From Ignavibacteriota bacterium (GTDB taxonomy: Bacteria > Bacteroidota > Ignavibacteria > UBA10030 > UBA6906), in the NCBI GenBank assembly GCA_003158475.1, contig PMJR01000078.1:15459-79458 (forward strand): a stretch of DNA of 64,000 nucleotides. The letters are read 5' to 3'. The position numbers were made by a program, and so were the translations under genes. The notes beneath the pieces are model-generated. The model was not told the DNA's origin. It made no database searches and saw only the letters and a list, made by a program, of their open reading frames with translations. Positions 35,344 to 43,245 of this stretch are shown here, piece after piece (position 1 is the stretch's first letter; every line of letters starts with the position of its first letter).

Positions 35344-36495
35344 TCAGGTCCCCACCAGTTTCTGCACGGCGGTGATGACGTCCTGCACGTCCGTCTCCGT
35401 GAGCTTGGGGGAGATCGGGAGACTGACCGTCTGCTGGCCGATCCTGTACGCCTGGGGATATTCTTCGCATTTCCAGCCGAATGTCTTCCGGTAGAAGGGA
35501 TGCTCGGGGATGCTCCGGTAATGGACCCCCACGCCGATCTTCTCGCGTGTCATGGCGTCCAGAAACTCATCGCGGCGTATCCCCGTCCGTGCCCCGTCGA
35601 CCAAGAGCGTGTACAGGTGGTAGGCATGCCGGGTGCCGGCCTCCACGGGAGCGGGCGTCCCGACGGGAAGCCGCGCGAACGCTTCCTGATATTTCCCCCA
35701 GACAGCCTCCCGCTTCTTCCAGTACTTCTCGACTCGCGCAAGCTGGTGGATGCCGATCGCCGCCTGGAGATCCATCATGTTGTACTTGAATCCCGCTTCC
35801 ACGACGTCATAGTGCTTGAAGCCGGCATCGCTGAACCGTTTCCACGCATCTTTGCTCATCCCGTGAAGCCCGAGCACCTTGATGCGGTCCGCGTGCTCCG
35901 CTCTCCTGGTGATCACGAGCCCCCCCTCCCCGGTCACGACGTTCTTGGTCGAATAGAAGCTGAAGCAGCCGAAATCGCCCATCGTTCCGGCCTTCTGTCC
36001 CTTGTACTCGGTCTCGATGGCGTGCGCACAGTCCTCGATGACGGCCAGATTGTGTTCACGCGCGATCGCCATGACGGCGTCCATGGCGCATGCACGTCCT
36101 GCGAAATGGACAGGGAGGATGGCCCTCGTCCTCCGCGTGATTTTTTTCAGGATTTCCGCAGGGTCAATGTTCATTGTCCCCGGCTCGACGTCTGCGAGCA
36201 CGGGAGTGCCCCCCGCGTGTATGATCGTGTTCACCGTCGCACAGAACGTCATCGGACTGGTGATCACCTCGTCTCCCGGTTTGAGCTCGAGCACCAGCAG
36301 CGAGAGGTGCAATGCCGCCGTGCAGGAGTTGAGCGCGGCAGCGTATGTGGCCCCCTTGTACGCCGCAAAGTCACGCTCGAACCTCGCCACCTTCGGTCCA
36401 GTCCCCAGCCATGCCTTTGCCATGGAATCAAGGACCTCTTCCTTCTCCTCCTCTTCGATCAGCGGCTGCCCGAAAACGAGAAATTCGTTCCTCAT
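35344..36495 (-). CDS. DegT/DnrJ/EryC1/StrS family sugar aminotransferase (3 of 3; ArnB/PseC-like)
   Basis: AKAWLGTGPKVARFE, NSCTAALHLSLLVLELKPGDEVITSPMTFCATVN, and FSFYSTKNVVTGEGG containing the PLP lysine. Confidence 0.9.
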   Translation of the reverse strand: MRNEFLVFGQPLIEEEEKEEVLDSMAKAWLGTGPKVARFERDFAAYKGATYAAALNSCTAALHLSLLVLELKPGDEVITSPMTFCATVNTIIHAGGTPVLADVEPGTMNIDPAEILKKITRRTRAILPVHFAGRACAMDAVMAIAREHNLAVIEDCAHAIETEYKGQKAGTMGDFGCFSFYSTKNVVTGEGGLVITRRAEHADRIKVLGLHGMSKDAWKRFSDAGFKHYDVVEAGFKYNMMDLQAAIGIHQLARVEKYWKKREAVWGKYQEAFARLPVGTPAPVEAGTRHAYHLYTLLVDGARTGIRRDEFLDAMTREKIGVGVHYRSIPEHPFYRKTFGWKCEEYPQAYRIGQQTVSLPISPKLTETDVQDVITAVQKLVGT

Positions 36496-36507
36496 GGGTG
36501 TTCCCTC

Positions 36508-37668
36508 TCAGTCATGGTGTCCGCGCTTCCGGAAATCCCCGACACAGCGGCGATAGAACTCTTCATTCTGCGCGAGGATCACCTCGCGGGAGAAATTCCG
36601 CTCGACATGGGACCGTCCCTCGGCCCCCAGACGGCGGGCCAGTGGTGCATCATGGAGCAGACTCAGAATTGAACCGGCGATCTGATCCGGCCGGTCGGGG
36701 TCCACCAGCAGACCGGTGCGACCATGCTCGATCAGTTCGGGGCCGCTCCCTCTGGTCGTGTATATCGTGGGACAACCGGCGGCCATGGCGTGCAGGGGCG
36801 TGAGCGCAAAGCCTTCCGCATAGGAAGGGAGGACCGCCATCCCCGCCGTGCGGAAGCCCTCGAGAAGTTCCCCCAGCGGAACATGGCCGTGGAAACGGAC
36901 GCTCTCCGCCATGTCATCCGGGATGATGGAGCGCAGGAACTCCTCCATGGAGCCCCCCTCGTCGGTCTGGCCGTCCTTCCCCCAGATGTGCAATTCGGCA
37001 GCGGGACTCTCTTCCTTCACCCGGGGCCAGGAGCGCACAAGCGAGATGATTCCTTTCTTCCTCGTGAGTGTCCCCGCGAACATGACATACTGCGGCACCC
37101 TCCGTGCGTCCGGCAGGAGCTCGGGCACTTCCACGGGATTATAGATCACCGTGTCGGGACCGGCCTCACGGGCGAAGAGCTCCCGCGTCCTTTTCGCGAG
37201 ATACCGGCTCTCGGAACAAATGTAGTCGCCGCGCCGGAGCGATGCGCGTTCCAGCAGGAATGCGGACCGCCGGGGCTTTCCCCCCATCTCATTCCTGAAG
37301 AAGCTCGCAGAACCGCTCAAGCGGACGACGACGGGAACAGGCAATCCGGGCCACCCCGCCGCAGGCGCCCCATAGTCCGGAACTTCAATCAACTCGGTGT
37401 CACGGGCTTCGCACCAGCGCTTCACTAGTCTGAAGAGCCTCCACCGCGCAGTCAGCCAGCCTGTTCTGTATGGGGGGAGCCGGAGACGCCACACGCGCAC
37501 ACCCTGGTCCTCCTCGATATCCGGCGCGGGATAGTCCCCGGGATATATCCCGACAACGCGAACCTGGTGCCCGGCGTTCGCCAGCGCGCGGGCCTGGATC
37601 TGAACGAGACTTCCGATTCCGCCGTGGGGCCCCGGGGGGTACTCCGAGCATTCGAAACAGATTTTCAT
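36508..37668 (-). CDS. GT4 glycosyltransferase
   Basis: MKICFECSEYPPGPHGGIGSLVQIQARALANAGHQVRVVG and C-terminal AVLPSYAEGFALTPLHAMAAGCPTIYTTRGSGPE. ATG at 37666-37668 forms an ATGA overlap with the upstream stop. The track extension to 37773 is rejected. Confidence 0.85.
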   Translation of the reverse strand: MKICFECSEYPPGPHGGIGSLVQIQARALANAGHQVRVVGIYPGDYPAPDIEEDQGVRVWRLRLPPYRTGWLTARWRLFRLVKRWCEARDTELIEVPDYGAPAAGWPGLPVPVVVRLSGSASFFRNEMGGKPRRSAFLLERASLRRGDYICSESRYLAKRTRELFAREAGPDTVIYNPVEVPELLPDARRVPQYVMFAGTLTRKKGIISLVRSWPRVKEESPAAELHIWGKDGQTDEGGSMEEFLRSIIPDDMAESVRFHGHVPLGELLEGFRTAGMAVLPSYAEGFALTPLHAMAAGCPTIYTTRGSGPELIEHGRTGLLVDPDRPDQIAGSILSLLHDAPLARRLGAEGRSHVERNFSREVILAQNEEFYRRCVGDFRKRGHHD

Positions 37669-39086
37669 TGTGCGTGCACCGGGGTTCCGCCGTTTCGAGC
37701 CATCCGCTCCAGCTCTGCTGCAAAACGCTCGGACGCCTGATCCAGCGGCGCCTGCACGATCATCTCCAGCCACGCCCTGCGCGCTTCCTTCTTTGCCTCC
37801 GGATTGCGGAGGGCATCCATGACCACTGTTCCGAGCTCCTCCTGCGAGGTGGCCCAGAAGACCGGCTGCAGCTGATGGACGGAAGCAAAATGCGGCAGCA
37901 GGTACACGTCATGGATGTTCCAGATTTCCTCCTTGCCGGCGGGGTTATAGTCGATGTAGATTGCCGGTTTGTCAAAAATCGCAAAATCCATCCCCATCGT
38001 CGATCCTACGTTGACGACCGCGTCCGAGTGACAGACGACGTTCACCAGCAGCGCCCCGTCTTCCTCCGTCGGCACGAGCTGCGACCATGCACCCTCCTGT
38101 ACGCGCTGCCACCGTGGATCCGAGACGGCGATCTCAGGATGCCGGCCGAGGACGCCGTTAAACCGGTCTGTCGTGTCGACCGGTGAGCGGCGGAACAGGA
38201 TCTGCGGGCGCTCCGGGAGCGGCACGGAGAGGAGCGCAGAGGCAAGATCCTCCAGAAACACAGGATCGAAGGGTGAAGTGATGTCATTTCCGGAGAAGCA
38301 GACCACCGGACGGCTCACGTCGAGTCCGAGTCCGGCGAAGAATTCCTCTTTCGGGACCCGGAGCGAGTCGTTGAAGTAGTTCTCGAACTGCGGTGTGCCG
38401 ACCACGCGGACCCGTTCCGTAGCAACATCCGGATAGAATCCCATCAGTTCGCGTTTCATGTGATCGCTCCAGACGATATAGGTGTCCGCATAGACAGCCA
38501 TTCTCCCCTTGGGAAGGTTGTCCCATGAATAGATGAACACTGCCGACGGAATCCCGAGCTTCTTCGCCGCAAGCATCGCGGGAACCGCCGCGAGGGCCCG
38601 CTGATGCGTGCAGAACACCACATCCGGTCGTTCCGCTTCAAGGAAGGAGAGGAACGCACCCATGTGAGGCGCCCGGGACGCCTGCCTCCGGTGCATCCGA
38701 TCGAGCCAGACGATCCGCCGCGGTCCCGCACAGCAGAGTCCGAGAAACCGGGCGGCGAAATAGATGAGGCGCGCCTTCACTGCCGACGGGGGACGGCGCC
38801 GCCTGAGTTGAACATCCGGGCCCCGTTTCATCTGCCAGTAGAGCTGCGCCATGATCTTCGCCTGCCGGAAGAGCCGCTCGGTCACACCGTCCCGGCCCGG
38901 CGGGAGCTCCTCCCAGCGAACCCGGTCCCCCCAGCGCTTCCTGAACGGTGCGATGCTCGACTGAGGAAGCGCATGCCATACGAGGACACTCCCGGTTTCA
39001 AGGAGACGCTCGACCATGCGCGTACAAAAGAAATTGCGGATTCCGACACCGTCGGGAACCACCAGCAGGTACTTGTGCATTCTCAT
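37665..39086 (-). CDS. Uncharacterised 473-aa protein, possibly a GT-B-fold transferase (family not recognisable by eye)
   Basis: N-terminal KYLLVVPDGVGIRNFFCTRMVERLLETG resembles a Rossmann beta-alpha start. VFCTHQRALAAVPAMLAAKKLGIPSAVFIYSWDNLPKG and RVRVVGTPQFENYF resemble the inter-domain region of GT-B enzymes. ATGA overlaps at both ends (with the kinase-like ORF upstream and the GT4 downstream) argue that it is a real, co-translated gene. Confidence 0.5.
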   Translation of the reverse strand: MRMHKYLLVVPDGVGIRNFFCTRMVERLLETGSVLVWHALPQSSIAPFRKRWGDRVRWEELPPGRDGVTERLFRQAKIMAQLYWQMKRGPDVQLRRRRPPSAVKARLIYFAARFLGLCCAGPRRIVWLDRMHRRQASRAPHMGAFLSFLEAERPDVVFCTHQRALAAVPAMLAAKKLGIPSAVFIYSWDNLPKGRMAVYADTYIVWSDHMKRELMGFYPDVATERVRVVGTPQFENYFNDSLRVPKEEFFAGLGLDVSRPVVCFSGNDITSPFDPVFLEDLASALLSVPLPERPQILFRRSPVDTTDRFNGVLGRHPEIAVSDPRWQRVQEGAWSQLVPTEEDGALLVNVVCHSDAVVNVGSTMGMDFAIFDKPAIYIDYNPAGKEEIWNIHDVYLLPHFASVHQLQPVFWATSQEELGTVVMDALRNPEAKKEARRAWLEMIVQAPLDQASERFAAELERMARNGGTPVHAQ

Positions 39087-40144
39087 CTCTTTTTGATGCC
39101 CTTCCCCCCGCCCGCGCGGCGGAGGGCATAGCGAAGGGCGCGCCGTGGCAATTTCGACACCCAGAACCAGTCAAACGCCGCACTCCACCAGAGACCTTCA
39201 AGTAAACGAATCGACCGTGACGTTCCGATGATCCCGAGCACAGTTCTTCTCCGGATGCGATTCATGCCGTTTTCGACATTCATTTTCCACGAAAACTGGC
39301 CGGCGTTCGCCACAAGGAAGAAGAGGGAGTAGAACAGGAGCAGAAATTCAAAATAGGCCGGGTCGTCGAGACGATTGTCCCGGACCCGGTTCTGATAGAC
39401 GTTCCTGATCGCCATGTAATCCTCCCGGCGGCAATACTCCCCGATATTCGAGTACAGTTTTGCCAGCGAGACGCCCTGAGGACCCGGATAGAGGTGCTTC
39501 GAATCGACGCATATCAGCCTCCTCTTCCCGGCATACACAAAGTTCTTCGGGACAGCGTCCAGGTATTCGAGATCCCACCTGACGGGCTTCACGAGCGAAG
39601 CGGCAATGTACCGCCGGAGAGTCCCGATTGTCCTCCTGAGAAAGATCCCCTTCTCCGCCAGCGTGCGGGACCAGGCCTCAAAATCCGGCTCATGCATCGG
39701 CTCAACTGCAAAGCCGGCAAGATCGGCCAGGAAGCTCCCGATGTCGTCCCCAAGACGAGAGTTCCCCACTTCGCCGGATCCCTCGACAAACTCATGGACC
39801 AGACAATTCTCCACGCGTCCGAGACAGGCAGCGAAAAGATCCCCCGTCCGGCCGAGCAGTGTGAACCTTTGGTGGGCCGCCGCCGCACTGGCGTAGGCAA
39901 GGACCTTGTACTTCCGCCCGGAGTGTTCAACGAAGGCCATCGCTGACTGCCTGGCGGGATCGGGCAGTCTGCCGGCCAGACCGGCCAGGGCGACGATCTG
40001 CTCGATGTCCGCGTGCGACAGCCCCGAGCCCGGACCCAGCTCGCAATGCACGGGAGCCCCCGCGGGTGAGGTCCCTGATTCTGCCGTCTCATCCGCCCCA
40101 CGGAACCGGATCCGACCGATTTCATCCCTGACGCTGAATGTCAT
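39083..40144 (-). CDS. Protein-kinase-like (PKL) fold phosphotransferase candidate (LPS-kinase/APH-like) with hydrophobic C-terminus
   Basis: Hinge-like CLVHEFVEGS. Catalytic-loop-like LDAVPKNFVY followed by LICVDSKHL (hxDxxxxN...D pattern of APH/Kdo-kinase/ePK folds). The C-terminus FEFLLLFYSLFFLVANAG and LLEGLWWSAAFDWFWV is hydrophobic. The track ORF (to 40534) overlaps neuA out of frame. ATG at 40142-40144 (MTFSVRDEIG) forms an ATGA overlap with the neuA stop. Confidence 0.5.
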   Translation of the reverse strand: MTFSVRDEIGRIRFRGADETAESGTSPAGAPVHCELGPGSGLSHADIEQIVALAGLAGRLPDPARQSAMAFVEHSGRKYKVLAYASAAAAHQRFTLLGRTGDLFAACLGRVENCLVHEFVEGSGEVGNSRLGDDIGSFLADLAGFAVEPMHEPDFEAWSRTLAEKGIFLRRTIGTLRRYIAASLVKPVRWDLEYLDAVPKNFVYAGKRRLICVDSKHLYPGPQGVSLAKLYSNIGEYCRREDYMAIRNVYQNRVRDNRLDDPAYFEFLLLFYSLFFLVANAGQFSWKMNVENGMNRIRRRTVLGIIGTSRSIRLLEGLWWSAAFDWFWVSKLPRRALRYALRRAGGGKGIKKR

Positions 40145-40839
40145 CGTGCTCTTTCTCGCATCTGTTGCTCCGCCCTCAACCAATCCTCCGGCCGATCGAG
40201 ATTCACGCTCGCCGACGGGTCGATCATGTAGCCCACCAGCCTCTCCCCGATCATTGAATTCCCTTCCACGATGACGTCCCGGCGCGTCACGTAGACGGAC
40301 CCCTCCCTGTGGAACGCGGAGGGAAGGTCCTGGCGCCTGGGGATCAGACGCTTCTCCCCCGTGCTCAGGCGAAGGTACCCGTCGTCGCCTCTGAAGAACA
40401 CCCAGTGCGGGTTGTGTTCCGGAGGGACGGGGAGGACGGTGATCACCGTCTCCGCGCCGCTCTCTTCCAGCAACGTGATGCACGCGTCGATGTCCGCCTC
40501 CCGACGGAACGGCGTCGTCGGCTGCAGGAGACACACCGCGTCATAGCTTTCCCCCGCCGCTTCCAGGGACCGGAGCGCATGCTGTACCACCGGCAGTGTC
40601 GGGGTCTCATCCCTCGCCAGATCCTCCGGTCGGAGGAACGGGACATCCAGCCCGCATCTCCTGCCAACCTCCGCAATCTCACTGTCGTCAGTGGACAGGA
40701 TGACCCGTGAGAGCAGCCTGGCTCTCAGGGCGGCTTCAGCGGTATACTGCAGAAGGGGTTTGCCCCCCAGCATCCGGATGTTCTTCCGGGGAATTCCCTT
40801 CGAACCTCCGCGCGCAGGTACAAGGCCCAGAACTCGCAT
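40141..40839 (-). CDS. neuA: CMP-nonulosonic acid synthetase (acylneuraminate cytidylyltransferase family)
   Basis: LGLVPARGGSKGIPRKNIRMLGGKPLLQYT, ILSTDD, LLQPTTPFR and REGSVYV are CTP_transf_3 signatures. Confidence 0.9.
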   Translation of the reverse strand: MRVLGLVPARGGSKGIPRKNIRMLGGKPLLQYTAEAALRARLLSRVILSTDDSEIAEVGRRCGLDVPFLRPEDLARDETPTLPVVQHALRSLEAAGESYDAVCLLQPTTPFRREADIDACITLLEESGAETVITVLPVPPEHNPHWVFFRGDDGYLRLSTGEKRLIPRRQDLPSAFHREGSVYVTRRDVIVEGNSMIGERLVGYMIDPSASVNLDRPEDWLRAEQQMRERAR

Positions 40840-40996
40840 CGTGTGCTCACCTACCTCAAGGTTTATTCTGGAACGTCTTTAGCATCGATCCGCCCGACGA
40901 CAAGTCCCTCTTCACGCACATCGCCGAAAAAGAGGTAGCGGAAGCACAAGCGACCGTATCGTTCCGTCCTCATTGCCGAATCCCCCGAATTGCCGG

Positions 40997-42184
40997 TCAA
41001 ATCGGCCGTTCATTCCGGCTCTCCCCCTGATCGTGGATGTAGAATAGCCGTTTCTGAATGTACGGCGTGAGGAGCGCCACGGCCTCGGAGATCCGTTCCG
41101 ACACATGACCATTGCCGTAGAGTGCGCTCGGAGCGTAGCGTCCATGTTTGAGCTGAGCGCGCACGCACTGGACCACCCGGTCGGCGACAGGCGGGACGTG
41201 GGTCACATGGACATCGGTCTCCCTCCCTTCCTGCCGGTTCCCCACAAGGGTCACAGGAGTGCCGAAGTAACTCGCATCCCGCACGAAGCTGCTCGAATTC
41301 CCGACCGCACAGGCCGCTCCTGCAAGGACCTTCAGGTAGACCTCGGGGGGGAGGTTGATCAGCGTCCTGAGCCAGGTCGGTCTTTCATGATCCCTGAATA
41401 CCCGGATGGCCTTCGTGACATGGTCCGAACCGGCATCGATGTTCGGCCAGAGCAGGACTGTCTGCATCGCCATCGTCCTGAGGGCTTCGAGGATCTCCGC
41501 CATCTGTTTCTGTTCCCCTCCGAACTCCGTCGTCGTGGGGTGGAACAGAACCAGGAGAAAGGGCGCCGAGACATCGATTGTCGCCCCGCTCCCCCGGCCG
41601 TTGATGTATTCCGACTTGAGCGAACGATCCATCGTGCGCGCGATGTCGCTGCCGGGGCACCCCACGCCGAGCACCGTATCAGGACGTTCCCCCATGCGGA
41701 TCAGATAGTCCGCGGATCGCTTCGTGCTCGGGAAATGAAAATGGGCGAACTTTGACATCGCGTGGCGGGCGCTCTCATCGATGGACCCCGACACTTCCCC
41801 CCCCTGGATATGGACGATGCAGATGTTCATATATGCCGCCGCGATGGCCGCCGCCAGGGCCTCGTACCGGTCGCCGATCAGGAGTACGATATCAGGCTTC
41901 AGGCGCTGGAACTCGCTTGCGAACTCCATCATCGCGAACCCGACGGACTTCGCCATCGTCGCGGGCGTCGAGCCCTCGAGCTCGATGTAGACCTCGCCGT
42001 CCACGGAAAAGCCGTCCTCCCTGACCACGTGCACCGGCTGGTCGAACCGCTCGAGGACCATCGTTCCCGTGGCCAGGACCTGGAGCTCGAGCGCGGGATG
42101 CGCGCGCAGAGAGCCCATCACCGGCTTCAGACGTCCATAGTTTGCGCGATCGACAAGGACAACACAGACCTTTCGCTTTTTCAT
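40997..42184 (-). CDS. neuC: UDP-N-acetylglucosamine 2-epimerase (hydrolysing), NeuC/LegG-type
   Basis: KVCVVLVDRANYGRLKPVM, LLIGDRYEALAAAIAAAY, and HIQGGEVSGSIDESARHAMSKFAHFHF (signature of the hydrolysing clade). ATG at 42182-42184. The track start at 42193 is a TTG. Confidence 0.9.
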   Translation of the reverse strand: MKKRKVCVVLVDRANYGRLKPVMGSLRAHPALELQVLATGTMVLERFDQPVHVVREDGFSVDGEVYIELEGSTPATMAKSVGFAMMEFASEFQRLKPDIVLLIGDRYEALAAAIAAAYMNICIVHIQGGEVSGSIDESARHAMSKFAHFHFPSTKRSADYLIRMGERPDTVLGVGCPGSDIARTMDRSLKSEYINGRGSGATIDVSAPFLLVLFHPTTTEFGGEQKQMAEILEALRTMAMQTVLLWPNIDAGSDHVTKAIRVFRDHERPTWLRTLINLPPEVYLKVLAGAACAVGNSSSFVRDASYFGTPVTLVGNRQEGRETDVHVTHVPPVADRVVQCVRAQLKHGRYAPSALYGNGHVSERISEAVALLTPYIQKRLFYIHDQGESRNERPI

Positions 42185-42185
42185 G

Positions 42186-43232
42186 TCACTCAAGATATTC
42201 CTCCAGGATCAGCGTGTTGGCGGCAATTGGCTTCTTCAGTATGCGGTGCAGGACGCGTTCCATGTGGTCCTCCGGAATCCCCGTCCCGGGCTTCCGGAAG
42301 GCAAGGTGCTCCTCCGCGAGCACGGTTCCCGCGGGAAGATCCATCCGGGCCACGATGCTTTTCGTGAAGAGCGAGCGGACCTCACCGAGCCCCTTCGCGA
42401 CGGCGTCCTTGTCGACCGGGTGCGACTTCATCCGCTCGATGAACCTGACTCCTTCGACAAGATGCTTCAGCTCGGCGGCGGTGACCGAAGCGGGAACGTC
42501 CGGACCGAACATCTCCCTGCTCAACACGACATGCACCTCCAGGAGGGAAATGCCCATCGTCGCCGCCGCAAGGCCGGGATACACGGTGCCGGAGTGGTCG
42601 GAGAGGCCCACCGCGCAGTTGTAGCGATCGCGAAGGACAGGAATCATGTTCAGTCCGACGGACTCGGGAGGGCAGGGGTACGCCGTCGTACACTGCAGGA
42701 CGACAAAAGGAAGCCGATGAGACCTGATGCGATCGACAGCAGCATCGATCTCGGCCAGCGGGCTCATGCCGGTCGAGAGGAACACGGGGAGGCCCGTCCG
42801 GGCGAGGTGGTCGAACATTCTTGATCCACACACTTCGCCTGAAGCGATTTTCCACGCGGTGACGCCGACACGGACGAGAAGCTCTACCGCCTCGACGGAG
42901 AACGGCGAGCTCAGGAACAGCAGTCCCCGCTCGTCCGCGTGTCGCTTCAGGCCGATCCACTGCTCCTCTGTGAACTCCATGCGCTTCCAGTAGTCAAACC
43001 GGGTCTTGTCCTGCCTGCTGAATTTCACCCGCCAGGTCTCACTCGGCGTGCTCTCAGCCGCGGCGATGTGCGTCTGAAACTTGACCGCGTCGGCACCGGC
43101 AGCCGCAATGGCATCAATGTAGGCGTGGGCGAGCCCCAGGCTTCCGTCATGCGCCTGCGCCACCTCCCCGATGAGGAGGCAACGCCCGCTCACCGGTGTG
43201 TATTCCATGGTCCTGAAGTCCAGCATGTTCAC
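42186..43232 (-). CDS. neuB: Nonulosonic acid synthase (NeuB/LegI/PseI family) with C-terminal SAF domain
   Basis: LLIGEVAQAHDGSLGLAHAYIDAIAAAGADAVKFQTH, WKIASGE, LSTGMS and GLSDHSG, with C-terminal SAF-like SIVARMDLPAGTVLAEEHLAFRKPGTGI. Start uncertain: GTG at 43232, or ATG at 43226 or 43208. The sugar identity (Neu5Ac, Leg or Pse) cannot be read by eye. Confidence 0.9.
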   Translation of the reverse strand: MNMLDFRTMEYTPVSGRCLLIGEVAQAHDGSLGLAHAYIDAIAAAGADAVKFQTHIAAAESTPSETWRVKFSRQDKTRFDYWKRMEFTEEQWIGLKRHADERGLLFLSSPFSVEAVELLVRVGVTAWKIASGEVCGSRMFDHLARTGLPVFLSTGMSPLAEIDAAVDRIRSHRLPFVVLQCTTAYPCPPESVGLNMIPVLRDRYNCAVGLSDHSGTVYPGLAAATMGISLLEVHVVLSREMFGPDVPASVTAAELKHLVEGVRFIERMKSHPVDKDAVAKGLGEVRSLFTKSIVARMDLPAGTVLAEEHLAFRKPGTGIPEDHMERVLHRILKKPIAANTLILEEYLE

Positions 43233-43245
43233 CGTCTTCCGATTG

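Noticed and set aside
39083-40534. N-terminal extensions of ORF-track models that overlap the upstream gene: 39083-40534, 44278-45843, 54805-58185, 51489-54998, 6579-8177, 15937-17034, 22980-24227, 36508-37773, 30775-32031 and 46534-47328.
   Set aside because: The track uses the longest ORF and accepts GTG/TTG as M. In each case an internal ATG lies at or just after the upstream stop (often as ATGA), and the homologous domain begins there. The extensions are low-complexity and out of frame with the overlapped gene.
40863-40973. 36-aa minus-strand sORF (MRTERYGRLCFRYLFFGDVREEGLVVGRIDAKDVPE) in the 157-nt neuC-neuA gap, together with a weak TTGACC-N17-GGCAAT element.
   Set aside because: It has no recognisable motif and no way to test conservation here. 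The -10 is poor. It is kept only as a note that this gap is unusually long for this locus.
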